A DNA stretch of 64,000 nucleotides from Camelus dromedarius (GCF_036321535.1 NC_087461.1:13020001-13084000); one strand, 5' to 3'; positions 40,189 through 54,720 are shown, numbered from the stretch's first letter. Translations and numbers: made by a program. The notes: generated by a model from the letters alone, not told the origin.

Positions 40189-43100
40189 GTAGGAGAAAAC
40201 TATCAAGTGTTTGTGTCAAAGTTCAGATGCTTCTGTCATTCATGAGCTGTTGGTTGCCGTAGTCGACAATCTTTATTATGTATTAAAAAGCAGGCTGATG
40301 GTAGGGTTTATTGCAGGTATCACAAATCCTGCATTTTAAAAACTTCATCCAGCATTTCATTTTCATCCTCTTCAGGAGAGAATCAAATTAAGTATTATCA
40401 TGAATGAAAATAGCTAAGTTCATAGAGTATTAAATTTGGGCTTCAGGGCAGAGGAAATTCCCAAGTCCTAATATTTTGCTTAAAATACTCAGGTATCGCA
40501 CAATTGTGGTGACTAATCCCAGTGTCTGTAGCTGCCTAGCAAGGCAGGAAGATGTTTTAGAAATGACCATCTCACACATCAGCAAACAGGAGCTGTTGTG
40601 GTCTCAGTTTCATTTTCACTTAAAAAACTCAATTTTCAGTTCTACCTACTGCTAAAAACTTAAGGGAAACTCAATCTGAAACCAGTTAAAATTGACATTG
40701 CAGATAGCAGTTAGATGGGTTATGTGGTAGGCTGGGGCCAAATGATTTTTCTTAGGACTCTTATGGTTGTTCACCCCTCACCAAAAGAATCATTAGAAGG
40801 GCTACTCAGATGTGGAGTGATTTTTTTTTAATTGAATCCTATGCAGACAACTCCAAGAATATGGCTTGCTTCTCCCTCTGTAACGGGATGTGATATGGGC
40901 AAGTCTTCTCTTTAATATGAATAGTGAGGCTTCTGTTTTCTTAAGCTTATATTTTATTTGTTTCTATAATGATGCAAAATCCTTTGTCAATGACCATATG
41001 CTAATGTTAGCAAGAGTTTTTTCCAAGGGTCCACCAACAAGTAAAACTGAAGATGCTTTGGGGGTTGCAACATCCATCTGCATTAACTAGTATCTTATAA
41101 CTCTGAGGCTCTTTTAGTTCATATGGATTCCTCCCTTTTTTGAGACCTCTAGCCCACATTTGACTTTTATTAATCCCTGAGTTATTGGGGACCCTCAGAT
41201 TTTGAGTTGTATTTAGTCATATAAAATTAGACACATGTGGATCAACAAAGCTTGTGCTTTTTTCTTGCAGGATGTTGAAGATCTGATACTATTCATTCGA
41301 TTTCTAGTGTTGCATTGGCTTTATTGTATATTTTTCTATTCTAAGTATTGATAATGGTACCTTAATAGTAGTTAACAAAATCTTTCTCCGCTTCTTCATA
41401 AACAAACTGGGAAAGGAAAACTGCTCATCAAAAAGTAGGAAGGGAGAAGTTTTCCCCAAAATTGTTAAGAAAGCATGAATTCCTTTGCCTCCCAACTGGG
41501 CATCCCTGGTCTAGTGTTAGTGATCAGCTCAGCTTTATGAGAACCTGAAGGAATGGTAGATATTTGAGCCTTCACTTTACACATGAGGAAACAGGGTAAG
41601 AGAAGATAGGGAACTTGGCCGAGGTTGCACAACTCATAAGATAGAATCAGGATGAAGACATAATCAGTCTGTCTGTAGCCTGACCTCAGATGGACTCACT
41701 GTGAGCTACACTGCAAATTGTGCAGCCAGGGCCTGACAGAGCAAGCATAGAATAAATCATTATTATTATTGCCATCTGTTGTTATTTACTGTATTCAACA
41801 TATTATTTTGCTACTGCATTTTTTCCTTAAAGAACTATAAATCATCTGTATTTGAGGAGTGTAACATCTCATACCTTATTCTGAGGAACTGGGTTACCTT
41901 TCCTGTGTATAACCATATACATTTCCCTTTGATTTTTCTTGATTTGATTTTGCCCTGTCCCTTGACCTACACATTTGCCTAAGTATGTGGAAATGCTTTT
42001 ACTGGGTTTCAGAGTTTTTACATTTGTTCCATCACGTTTTAAATACACTTTTGTTTGGAGGACATAAGTTGAATTCAGCCGTATTTTAAAACTCTGAAAT
42101 ATAAGTTATTTTAAAAAAATCAGCAGCAATCAAAGGCAGTACAATTGGAGCACAGCTCAAGAACATGGCATTTTTATAGAATTAAACCTGAAGGGCAAAT
42201 TTGCATTCTGAATGTTTTGATTCTTTGCAAGGTTTGGCATAACTTTACACAATTCAAACAATACTTTGACTGTTATTAAAATTCAAAGAGAATGTAGAAC
42301 AAACCCAAGCTGGAACTGGAATTAGAGTTAGTAGTTTAGAAAAAGAGAAAAAACAAAAAAGAAAAAACTTCTAGAAGAAAAAGTTTTAGTCTTGGTAATG
42401 GATATTCTTGTATAACTGCCAGAAAGTGCTTCTCTAAATACTGCCTTTATTACTTTAACATACTGTCTGGTGTCCTTGTTAAATGTGCTGGGGTATCTTT
42501 CAAGAACCTTAAAGAGATACAGAGGCCTTCTGGTAGTTACTTGGAGCTTTTGATGTTTGTCTGTTTTCTACATTAATACTGCCAGAATAATAGCAAATTC
42601 AGCCTGTTATTGGTATTTTAGTGAAACTCATATTTTCACATTCATATTTATGAAATAGTCAATATGTATAAATGTTTACAAGGTATTAAATATTACCCTT
42701 TGATGCATAGACTCTGTAACAGATTCTTTCCACTAGACCCTGGCTTGGCTGTGATCATATATGTTTGGTAATAAGATTGTCTTGCTGAAATTCCCTGTCA
42801 CTCTTTTAAGATGTTTCTTCCCAGCCTCATCTCTGAAGGGGCCATTTAATGTATTCTTTAGCGTGCTGGTAGTACGCTAGTAAAAACAGAAATGCCACTG
42901 TTCCAGTTTAACTCCAAAGTTTCTGAGACACTGAAGCATGTCTTGGATAAACTTTAGGATTCGGTAAATCTGAAGTGTATGTTCTTCAGAACATTCCTAA
43001 ATTAACCAAGTTGAGTTCCTCCATGCTAGCCATGCTTGAGAAGTGTTCCAGATTCTCTTTGAGGTTTAAATCGTGTAACACCCTGTTGAGTTCCTTTCGC

Positions 43101-43631
43101 GTGTCTTTTAAAGGTTGGCAAGTTTTCGTATTGCTGTGTTGTTGGTTTTTTTTTTTTTTTAATAGGTTGCTCATGAAAACTTGAATACTTTGTATCTTGG
43201 TTCACTAAAAATAACCAAGATAAGAGAAACTGCGCAGGAGCCAAACAAGAAGGAAACAATAAGTGTTGGTGTCAGCATTAAGGTTCCATGTGTTGCTTCC
43301 AAGAGGCTCTAAGAAGCAAAGGAAATCTTTGCTCTTAACCTATCTGTGATCCTGGCAGAGAATTTGAGGGCTGTAGAAATTACCCTAGTTTTCTTCCATT
43401 CTCTCAGGGCCTTTTAAAATTAAACCTTGAATTTGAAACAGAGACCATTACATGGCTGTTTCAAGTCCTCCAGATATCTCCACTGGGAAATGACTGTTTG
43501 CCGCCTGGTAAGCAAGACAGACTTAAAGTTCAATAAAAACACAATGAATGAGCATGTTTATTGAGCAATTGCAAATCTTTCAATATCTGAAATAAGTGTC
43601 AGATGTAATATAAATTTTTGCTTTACTCCAG

Positions 43632-43708
43632 TAAATCAGGAGGAAATTCATCATCCAGTTTGGGTGACATAGTACCTAGTTCCAGAAAATCTACGCCTCC
43701 ATCATCTG
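43632..43708 (+). CDS. CACNB2: CACNB2 exon 6 (77 nt), HOOK region: (S)[25 protein letters not shown]
   Basis: Acceptor ctttactccag|TAAATC, donor CTG|gtaagt; phase 2 in / phase 1 out fits exon 5 and exon 7. Confidence 0.96.
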
Positions 43709-44780
43709 GTAAGTCGGTAGTAAGTGCTGAATGGACCTACTGCATCTCATGCTTTCCCCAGTCTTTCCTAGTTGTGTGAGTTTACATAGACTGCGTTACT
43801 AGGTTAACCCTCAAGGTGTTAAAAAAAATCAGAAATAAGAATGGCCATGTGGAGTGAGGAACAACATGGGGAACTTTTGTTCTGGCTTTGGAAAAAAAAA
43901 AAGGAAACTAGGTCAGTGTGTTCACTGTAAGTTACTTTGATGATCAAAGTGATGCTCAGTTTTAATTTTCTATGCCACCATCCACCATGGTGCCCAGAGC
44001 ATGTCATGGGCAATAAATGAATGAACGTTCACCATCAACCACAGTGCATTGTGAGGTGTTGGCCTCAATATTCAATTAAAAGGGTTAAAACCTTTAGAAA
44101 GGTGAGGAAAGGAGAATGAAGTGATGATGGATTGATTGGCCTGACATGAGCTACACCCAGGAGGCTCTGTGGAACACGTAGAATGTGGGCAGAAGTTCTG
44201 AACAGAAGAGGGAAACACTTGCAGAAAGAGTAACTGTTTTCTTTCCAAAGCCACGGAGAAGGACACCAGGTGGAATTTAAATTTCTGACAAACAATGACT
44301 TCTTAGTCTAAGGAAATATTGTATGAGATCTACTTTAAAAAATTACTTATTGTTTACCTGAAATTCATGAACTGATTTTTTGTTTGCTAAAGCTGGCAAC
44401 TCTGCCATTCTGCGTAGAACTCGGAGTTCTGTATGAATAGAAGACGAATTGGTCGAATTGGATAAAAGCCCATGATCAGAGTCTCAGTTTGCTAAGAAAT
44501 GCAGTTGGCAGTCAGTAAGATTTTAAGGATTGGCCAGTGGAGCATTTGAGCAAAATAATTCCATCTGATGTCTAGGAAGCTGGAGGCGGGCAGAGGGCAA
44601 AGACAGAAAATCATGCACCTGTGGAGAAGTTGAGGAGCTACGTAGTTGCACTGTGACTGCTGTCTTACGAACAGGTTCCCTGTTACTGATGAAGGTGCCT
44701 CCTTCCTGGACGCTGGCAGCTTTTAGAGACCACTCACGGCTTCTTAGTAAAAACTAGAGAGCTTTTTCTCCTTGCTGGGT

Positions 44781-44922
44781 TTTTTGTTTTGTTATGTTTG
44801 AGTTGGGGGGAATAATTAGGTTTCATTTATTAGTTTATTTTTTTAATGGAGGTACTAGGGCTTGAACCCAGGACCTCATGCATGCTAAGCATGTGCTCTA
44901 CCACCGAGCTATACCTCCCCCC
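44781..44922 (-). mobile_element. Vic-1-type SINE
   Basis: Reverse-complement head; TSD-like agagagcttttt / agagggcttttt. Confidence 0.9.
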
Positions 44923-47900
44923 AAGAGGGCTTTTTAAGTGAGCAAAATCTGTGCCCAATAAGAAATAGTTTGGGAATGCATATTGATTTCCAAAACCATG
45001 TACTTACAATTAGCAGTAATTCTAAGCTGCCCAAAATTAAGTAAAGTAGTATGTCTGAAATGAAAAGCGAAGCCCTTTAGATATTACATGAGGAGGCTTC
45101 TGACTTCCCTTGATTGGTGGTGAGTAGACACTCCCTGAATGCACGGGCAGAATGAGGCTTCTCTCTGCTCCTTCTCAGATGTGTGCAGTTGTAGGGATTA
45201 TGATACAAACCCTATACTGTTTCTGTGTGTCTTACACACTGTCTCGGGCATTCCTGAGGACTGTCACTAGGCTCCTGAAATGGGAACAGGCTAGTTCACA
45301 CTGTGATAATACCACATTTTGATAATTGTCCAAAGCCCTGCCCAGAGATGTCAGCCCCACTTCTGTAAATCAGGAAGAGCCTTCCGTCCCCTGTAGTGGA
45401 AATGTAGCCTTCTCAGCCTTTCAGCAATGAGAGCCCACATGTACATTTTGAAGAATACGTGAGTGTGTTTGGAAAATAACATTTTATGTATGTAGCCAGA
45501 TGTTAGTCATTACTAAAAATCAAGTTCAATTAAGAGTTTTATGTAATCAAGATTATTTTAAACTTCCTCCAAATTTTTTACAGAGACAGGGTTTTGGAAT
45601 AACTTTTCTGAATACCAAGAGCAGAAAACACTGTGACTAAGGGGACTGGAAACACTAACCAACTACAAAACGTGTAACTGGCCCATCAGTCTCCACTATG
45701 ATTTCCATATCAATGCTACGACTTACCTAATGGAAAACATCCGAAAATTCTACAGAGAGGTTCCCCCCACCCTACCTCCAGGGAAAAAACCCACTAATCT
45801 ATCAAATGTGGATTGGCCTCCAATTATAACTGTCATCTTGGTTTCCTGAGGCCCTAGCTATAATTCCCCTCACCCATTGCTAGACCGAAGAAAAGAAACA
45901 TTTGCCTAAACTAAATATACGTGGAGGTTCTCAAGGATTTGGAAAAGGAAACATTTCCACTTCACCCCTGGGTGATGAGGTAGTGGCTGGTTGGGCACCA
46001 CACACCCCATATCTGTATGTGTGGTATCCATACATTTGTTGCTCCAGCACACCACTCAACTTGACCCAACTGTCTGAGATTAAATTAAATTTAGAGTTCA
46101 AAAAATGTTCCCAAGGCTCTCTAACAAGAAAAACAAACAAAGAAACAAACTTACTAGTGATGAAGAAAAGAAACTATTTTTAAATTTATGGAAGCACTTT
46201 TTCCCAAGTAAATACTAATGTTTGCCAAGGTATGCAAATACAAGTATGAAATTAACATCTCTCAGTATAAGGAGAACCATCTGATCCCAATAAAATATAT
46301 AGAACTAGAAAAAGAGTTAACAGGCTTCTTAACTCTTCATAGATTTCCTTAATGTGTTTTGAAAGTAGCCAAATGTCTTAGAATCCTGTGTTTCAGAACA
46401 AACCCAGATGCTTTTAGGTTTGAGTTAACCAAAGGCAGGAGTAGTAAGCTAGAAAGTTCTCAGTTTGGGATTTTGAGCCCTTGGGTCCAAATGCAGGTAA
46501 ATTTCAAACCTGACTCAGGCTATGTGGCAGGGGAGAGCCAAACATCTGGGCAGTGTCCCAGCTAAAGTTTTTATGCATTTCCACTCTTCCTTTAAATAAA
46601 TAAAAACCATCTGCTGATCACAGCAGACGGGATTCAATGGGCAAATCATAAAATTCAATTCATGAACTTTGCCATCCTTATCCCGAGGTCCTGTCAACTC
46701 TGACAGGCAATTAGGTATCCTCAGTTTCAGAGAGGCTTTCAATGGGTGCGGTCCCTTGAATGTGGCCTTTATAAGCCCAATAAAAGATGAGAAAGGTAAA
46801 AATTTATGGGAGTTTGCCACCAGAAGGGAAACTTACTTGACATTGCTTAAGATGTACTATAGAAATAATGAAAAACTGGCCGAGGTCCTCTCCATCTCAT
46901 CCAGGAAGACACTAATGACATACATCCTCCCTAAATTGGAATTCAAGGAAAAGCACCATCAGGTGGTATGACAGTCAGCATCAGTACAGACCACTAGGCA
47001 CGGGGTATAATGTTTCATTGTACAACACATGCTGAGCCTTGTAGCTTAGCAAAATGCAGAGATGGGGAAAGAGAAAGGGAAGAGATGTTTACTAGGTATG
47101 TGTAACTGCATACCTGGAATTAACTCAGTCCATTGTTAACTTTCACTGGAGGAAGAGACTCCTCCATCATCTTCATGCAAGCAGTAGCTGATATTCGCAA
47201 TACTGGGCAAACAGTGCCAGCTATTCACTCCATCGCAGCTTTTCAACCTACTCAAATGAAGAGGAACAATTAAACCAGAGAGCCTAGTTTTCGCAAGTCT
47301 GAGTGAGTCATCTAATGTCCATAATGAATTCAAAATTGAAAAATCGCGTGATGCCCATCAGATGATCTCCTGTCATTTGGAAAGGTTAGCAGCAGCTGTC
47401 ATGAGCACCAGGGCAGCTTAGGGGGGCTCACAGGGAGTGGAAGCTAAGATTGTGCAACACTGGGCTGTCTGTTATTTCACAAGAGCAGTGTGGTCCTTAA
47501 ATCTGATTGTAATTCTAAATTGTAGTTTTCATTAAGAGAACTGTATGTGTCATATGATGCTTTCCTGGGATGAGTCGATTTCCTCTCTTCTGCTTGACCT
47601 CAGCTACAGTGCAGCATCATTTGCTAGTGAGCTCCTCTCCATAGCATCTTCCTGAATCCTCACACTGAGGATGTGACCTGACTCGGGAAGCTGAGGAAGT
47701 GAATGAGGGCACCAAGGCTTGCTAAGGGACCTCAACCGGAGTCTCAGCCTCAGGGAGGGATGGGTTACAGAGTCCTGGAGGCAGAACTGGATTCCCAGTC
47801 CTGGCTCTGCTGAGTTGCTACCAAAAACAAGTCCCTTCATCTGTGAGAGTTTATCTTTTTAATCTTGAAAAATAAGAGAGTTGCCGTTGGTCATTAAAAC

Positions 47901-49137
47901 GCTCTGATTCTCCTGATGATAAAACTCTCCAGGGATGGCATGTGGAAGCATGGTATAAACTTCACAATGAGATTGTGGACTTTTTTCATGGAACACTTAA
48001 TTTTTAAGTGCCCTATTTTCAAGGCAGAAGAGTTGACAGCGTGTCACACCACAAACCTAAACCTCTCATTCTCCAGATGGGGGATCAGTGGCATATTCTC
48101 TTGGGTCTTTCTGCCCTTCTGTGCTGCCTCTCATGTAAATCCAGTGGCTTTATATAATATCATCGCAAGGCTCCTTATGTCACTATGTAAGGTTCATTTC
48201 ATTTGGAGATCGTCAGATCCAGCATTTTCTAATTAGTCTTCGGTCAGAACTGCCTCTGGTGGGGGAGGGTGCCCAGAACATGAAATCATTTTAATCCTGT
48301 CCATCTTGGACTCCCCTGGAATCTGCCTTGTGTGTAACTTTTTGTGTTGCTGGATTTAGGATTTTCAATTCTCTCTGTCCCTCAGATGCCTCTTGCAATT
48401 TCAGAGAACCTTTTCACATTGCCTTTATTTTCACCCAGAAGCAAACACAATAAGGAATCAGAGTTGCAATGTGATACAGGTTTCCAATGGAGTTGCTGAT
48501 TATCTGAACGCTGGTTTAAGATATGGGAAGATGTGAAGCCAGGTGTCCTGCCCTGTCCTCATATCCAGTTGATTCAGAAGAATACTGATATTATATTTGA
48601 AACAAAACTACAAATTGAAAACTTGTTTCCTTAAGAAATATCATTCGAGAGATTTAGCATGAAGCGGATTTGTCCAAGCAAACGTATTATGAGAGGGTCT
48701 TTCCGTTTTGTTAAGATTTGATGACATTGCATTCTTCACGGGCTTTAACCTTTAAATTTTACTTTGTTGACTGTGCTGAGCACTGATGATAGATCTTTTA
48801 CTGTGGTTAGTTTTGTTTGCTTTTCATTTTATTTTTTTTTTATAACCTATTTTTCCTCTCCTGTCTACCTGATGATTTTTGAATTGTTTGTNNNNNNNNN
48901 NNNNNNNNNNNNNNNNNNNNNNNNNNNNNNNNNNNNNNNNNNNNNNNNNNNNNNNNNNNNNNNNNNNNNNNNNNNNNNNNNNNNNNNNNNNNNNNNNNNN
49001 NNNNNNNNNNNNNNNNNNNNNNNNNNNNNNNNNNNNNNNNNNNNNNNNNNNNNNNCCCATCTGTCCACGCGCTCAACTGCACTGCGTCACATTTCTGGTC
49101 CTGTGGACTGTCTGCGTCCTTGATAAAGCCAATAACA

Positions 49138-49493
49138 TGCATGCTTTGTTGTTCTTTGTTTCTCTTCCACGCTGCTGTAGCTAAGCAGAAGCAGAAATCG
49201 GTAAGTGGACATTGACATCAGCTCTGTGTATCCTGCCCCTGGCATCATTAGCATTCAAACCCACAGTTCTATTCGATACAGTCATGTCTGTCCTCAGAAA
49301 CGAACCTATCAAGCAGCTCATTGAGTCCATGCATTTCAAACCAGCTCAGTTCAGTGAGTGACCTGTGAAAGCACCATTACAGTATTTATCCTTTTTGATG
49401 GAATAATATCGACCACCCAGGGAATTCGCTCCAACATTTCCAGGAACGGCAAACACTGACAAAACTCCATATAATGCACCTCTACTGTGCATG
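49138..49493 (+). promoter_or_regulatory. Splicing-regulatory motifs around microexon 7B
   Basis: TGCATG (RBFOX) at 49138-49143 and 49488-49493; TGC at 49173-49175 just upstream of the 3' splice site (SRRM4-type). Motif match only. Confidence 0.55.
49181..49200 (+). CDS. CACNB2: CACNB2 alternative exon 7B microexon (20 nt): (A)KQKQKS
   Basis: ttctcttccacgctgctgtag|CTAAGCAGAAGCAGAAATCG|gtaagt. It restores frame between exon 6 (phase 1) and exon 8 (phase 0). AKQKQK is the known short HOOK exon of CaV betas. Confidence 0.93.
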
Positions 49494-52400
49494 CGTCCTG
49501 TCTGTCTCTGTCTCTCTTTTTTTTTCCGGAAATTTAACTGATAATCAAGCATATGAAAACCATGATTAGATTCTGATTTATGATATCCAGATACATAGCT
49601 TGTACTAAAAAAATTTTTTTTACNNNNNNNNNNNNNNNNNNNNNNNNNNNNNNNNNNNNNNNNNNNNNNNNNNNNNNNNNNNNNNNNNNNNNNNNNNNNN
49701 NNNNNNNNNNNNNNNNNNNNNNNNNNNNNNNNNNNNNNNNNNNNNNNNNNNNNNNNNNNNNNNTACTCTCCCAATGTTCTTGCCTCCTTCATCACTCAGA
49801 TGTCAGCATCTCACCTGTCGGATGATGGGGGTGGCTGTGCGTAGAGCCTTTGCCACTGGCCAACCAAGATGCTACCCAGTGATGCTCCTTGTCCCCCCGA
49901 CTAGAAACGAGGGTATTCATGAGCTCTCTTTTACTCCAAAGTCTGTTTTCTCCCAGCACATTTTGTAACTCTGAAACATTATTTTTTAAAGATGCCTCCC
50001 CTCCAATTCCCATTCTTTCCCTTCTTTTACACACCACTTTCCACCGCCTACCGCGCTTTTAAAGTCATTCTCCCTGATGTCAGCAAAGTCCGGCACAACC
50101 ATGAGTCTATCGCAACATGTAGGTGTGCAGTAAAATCCACTCTGCCTTAAACTCTCAATGCCCTGAACTCTTTTCCTCTGCGCACAAGTGTTCTGCTCCC
50201 TGGAGGAACTCTCAGGTCATCAGCGAGGTGTCAGATGCTGAACTGTGTTTTGTTTTGGTTTTTTAAAAATAAATTATGGTTGATTTAATCATGGAAAGCC
50301 TAGCCACTCCAGGCAAAAATTAAAACACGTGGATTTTTGTATTAACACCGTAAGCCCCAGCTTGATGTACATACGTGCACAACAGCAGGTCCATTTCTCT
50401 GGTCCTGTCTTCTTGTCCCACCTAAAACTTGCAGCCAAGTTTTGACTAACAGCATTTATAGCCGCAGAAGGCTGGAAATTCAGCATCGCTCAGCTGCTCT
50501 GGGCTTTACAGAACAGTAACGCGAACTAAAACCACATTCATCAAGATAGAGTGTTTTGAAGTTTGCTGACTCTCAAATTCCAAAACTTTAAAAATCTTTC
50601 TTATAATTTTTCCACTCAATAATCCAAACTAATTAAATTTAGCAGGGAAGGATAGCTAACAATGATGGAGTCATTATCAATAGGGCACAGAGTACCACTA
50701 TTCCATCAAATAAGGTAATTTCTGTAGTACCCTATTGATTAAGAAGCTGATTGACTACCAGCATGGGTAACCCTTTGCTAGTTGGCAGTCACCAATCAAA
50801 GGAATTGAAGATCTATCAAATAATGGGCCACTTAATATTTAAAGACATGAAATAAAATTTCTTGGGAGCTGGGACTAAAATACAGGCAACTTACATTCCT
50901 CGTTGTTGTAACGGTGGGAAAGGTCTTCTCAGACGGCAGAGTTACAAGGACTTGGCTTCTAAACATTTTCAGCATAATCCCAGGTGGTAGCAATGTCGTA
51001 ATTTAATGAACATGCTTATGATGCCTTCGGCACTGGTATTCATTCTTCTCATGTTATCGATTATGTGGTCAACTTCACTGTAGAGTTCAAAAGCCAAAAA
51101 AAACCTGAGATTCAATGAGAAGACTGTTTTCCATGTTTTTGGTTGCTTTTCGAGTGGTGCTTGTTGGCATTTGTGCTGTCACTGTATTATGTTTGTCTTG
51201 GGTTTTTTTTTTTTTTCTGTTTAAAAATGTACTCTACCTTGATTGTGTCTATTAAAATTAATTTTGAAAGAAAGTCTTCTTTAGAAAACTAGAGAAGGTT
51301 TTAAGCAGTGAAATAGGACAGCACCGTCACAGTAGCATTTTCTCCCCTCTGATTACATCGTCCGTGTGACTGTTGGCAAAATCTCAGATGGAAGCTTTTG
51401 AATTTGAAATGCTTTTGAATACCCCCTCCCCTTTAGGCAAGTTGAATTCTGTCAAAGTCAGAAAGTTTGAAAAGGGCAATTTCAAGCAACAGGAAAATAC
51501 TCTTGAGTGACAGCCTGATGTAAAAATTACATTCACATTTGCAGTAAGATTATCAAATTTTTGAAATAGTTTAAAGACTTTTTTCTCTTGGGCTGTGTGA
51601 TTCTTAAAATATATTTTTTCAGATACTCCTCAGTGCAGGAAGAGTCATATCACAATGATTTGTTTATCCCAATGTCTACCCATCTCTCTCTCTTCTACAT
51701 GAAAAAAAAAAAGGCACTTTTGGGGTCAGTTTAACATTCTCAGCTGTTAAAATAGCCAGTTTTAATGTAATCAAACGAATTAGTTATCTAATTTTTTGAA
51801 AAAATGTTATTTTAGTCATTTTATTTGAAGCAGTTAAGCTGAAAATTTTTGCCAGTCTTAGAAATGGCTACAAAATTAGGTCCTCCTCCTGCTCTTCTAA
51901 AAAAGAAAGAAATTGTGGGAAGACGTGAGTTAGTTACTTAACAGAAGCACCGCCTGAGCCGTGCTTGAGAAGCGTGTTAGATACACAAGGTGACCGTGAG
52001 CCTTTCAAGGCCATGGACACAAGCTTGAAATGTACTATCACACGGGGAGCACTTTCCCTCCAAGACACATATTCTGACGTGTTAAGTTTTTAAGATCCAA
52101 CGTACAGAAACCCAAAATCTAAAAATATGAATCACTGAGTTATGAATCATGATCATGATTACCATTTACTAGAACAAGCACTCAGGCGAATTTAAACTCT
52201 CGCAGTAAAAGAGACAGGGTCAAGCATTTGACAATAAGTTAACAATGTTTTGAAGTTAGGTTTTATGCAGGTAAGGCAAACATCCAAGACACCAAGGTGA
52301 TAAGACCTTTCTTTTCCTTGTAATTAACCACCTTAGGCCTGATCATTCGACTTTTCAGGAAACTCAGATGCATCTGAAAAGCCATATTAACCATCAGCCA

Positions 52401-52741
52401 AGCCTAAAAGCACCTCTTCTGCATGAGGCATGTTTCTGTCTGTTCTGCTGAGTAGTTTTTTTTTTTTTTTTTTGCTCAAAAGCAGCACGTCCTACTTGAG
52501 GAACTAATATCTCAGTAGAATTCCTTGAGGAGAGCGAGAAAACTGTAGACAACTCAGGAATTTCAACATATTAGGGAAATCAACCCACCCATCTTGGATT
52601 GGGTTTATTTAGAAAAAGAGGCAAGTGATTTAAAAAAAAAAAAAAGGAAATTTCTGGAAAGTTAGTGCCTCATATTACTGAGTTCAGAAGAGCAGTTGAA
52701 ACATAAAATATTTCAGTTCCCTCCGCTTTTTAACCATCTGA

Positions 52742-52885
<144 letters not shown>

Positions 52886-53253
52886 TGAACTGCTTTGTGA
52901 CATCACCTCCCTCTCCAGACTCTTGAGCTTAGAATTTAAAGAGCTGGGAGCAACAGAGCCGATTTTTCTCAAGCTGCAGGACATACGTGGCTTCCTGTTT
53001 TGTTCTATTCTGTTTTCTTGGCTGTTGCTCTGGAGAGTTCCGCTAGCCACAGTGAACTCCCATCTGGGGAAGGGGTATCACCTGGAGAGGGACCGAAAAA
53101 CCACTTGAAATGTCATCTCTTGTCCCTACAAGAGTGAGTTCACGGAACCTTGTTAATTGTCATCAGATCAGAACGAAACGGGTGGCAACCTCACCTAATG
53201 GGAAGTCCCGGTTTTCAGACACTCTCTAGAGGAATAAAAGTCTTTTAGCCTGA

Positions 53254-53361
<108 letters not shown>

Positions 53362-53519
53362 TGAGTATTTCAGAATACTGGGGTTTGTGGATTTGGTCTT
53401 GAAGATGATGAAACCTGAGTGAGACAGGCATGTGACCTCGAGGGAAAAGTAGCTTCTGATGTCTGGGAGGGTTAACAGGAGATAAGTTCCATTCTGTTCA
53501 ATCTGATTTAATAAATATT

Positions 53520-54720
53520 TGTCATACCTGCTCAGCCCATCCTGAACACTGGCTATTCCAGCCCTCTGACTGCACCTGTGTCCATAAACTGAACTTGGTC
53601 AAATCCCTGCTGACTTGTCTCCCCCAAATTCATAATCAACTGGTCCCCGGTGCTGTCTAGGAATCATTCTCTTCCACCCAACTTTCTCCTCTTCTGAAAG
53701 ACTTTCACACCATTTCCTCTCTCATCAAACCCTTCTCATCTCACGCCCCACCATGAACTTACTTCCTATTTCATTAAGAAAACATTGGCAGAGAAGAGCT
53801 TCCACCACCTCACCCATGCCACTGTGTATTTGCCAGGATGCTCTGCTTTTTCTCCTGTGACTATTAGCAGTGGTCAACTCCGGCTTCGGCAGTGGATCCC
53901 AGGCCCCATCCCCACCCCAACACAACTCTTAACAGTCCTTCCCTCCCTCGTCATCAGTGTTTCTCTTTCTAATGGAAATACCATCAGCATGTAAAGATGG
54001 AGTTGTTGCTCCCTTTGGCAGAATTTGACCTCATGCTCCCCCCGGCTGTCCCGTTTCTCCCCTTTTCTTTACAGAGCTCTCCTTGAACAAGTTGTGTCTA
54101 CATGCTCTCCCCGTAGTCTCCTGAGCCTACTCACCCCGAACTAGTCACACCTGATCACCAGCGACCTTCACGTTGATAAATTCAGGAAGAAATCCTCAGT
54201 CCTCCTCTTCATTGACATGGTGGATGACTCCATCCTCTTTTAAATTCTTCATTTGCTTGGTTGCTAGAACCCCACTTCCCTGGCTTTCTTCTCTCTGACT
54301 AGTCACTCTGTGTCTCCTTTGTGGTTCTTCCTCACCAGCTAGACATCCCAGAGAGCCCAGGGCTGTCCTTTGTCTTCTGTCTCCACTCACTCTTTTGGTT
54401 GATTCCATTCAATGTCAGACTTTTATTTTTTTTAAATAAAGTACTGGGGATTGAATCCAGGACCTCGTGCATGCTAAGCAAGTGCTCTACCACTGAGCTA
54501 TACCCTCCCCCAATGTCAGACTTTTAAATAGCATTTCTTTGCTGGTCTCGCCTCTGAATCCCAGATCCCTATGTCCAACTATCTATGCTGCATCCCCACT
54601 AAGATGTCTAATGGACTCCTCAGACTTAACCTCCCGATTCCACCCCCCTAACCTGCTCCTCTCCGTCTTCCTTATCTCAATCAATAGCTTCTTCATCTTT
54701 CAGTCCCAAGACTCTTCAGC
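53520..54720 (+). mobile_element. L2 fragment with nested Vic-1
   Basis: gtcaccagcgacc..., ctcagtcctcctcttcattgac..., ctatctatgctgcatccccactaagatgtctaat. Confidence 0.7.
54426..54510 (-). mobile_element. Short Vic-1-type SINE (tRNA head + A tail only) with perfect 16-bp TSD, inside an L2
   Basis: caatgtcagactttta at 54410-54425 and 54511-54526. Confidence 0.92.

Noticed and set aside
45728-45800. Possible NUMT: aacatccgaaaa resembles the start of mitochondrial cytb
   Set aside because: Only ~12 nt match and similarity does not extend, which is expected by chance.
46303-46330. Small inverted repeats (aagagttaa/ttaactctt here; actgaat/attcagt near 56320)
   Set aside because: Stems of 7-9 bp are expected by chance in 64 kb of AT-rich DNA.
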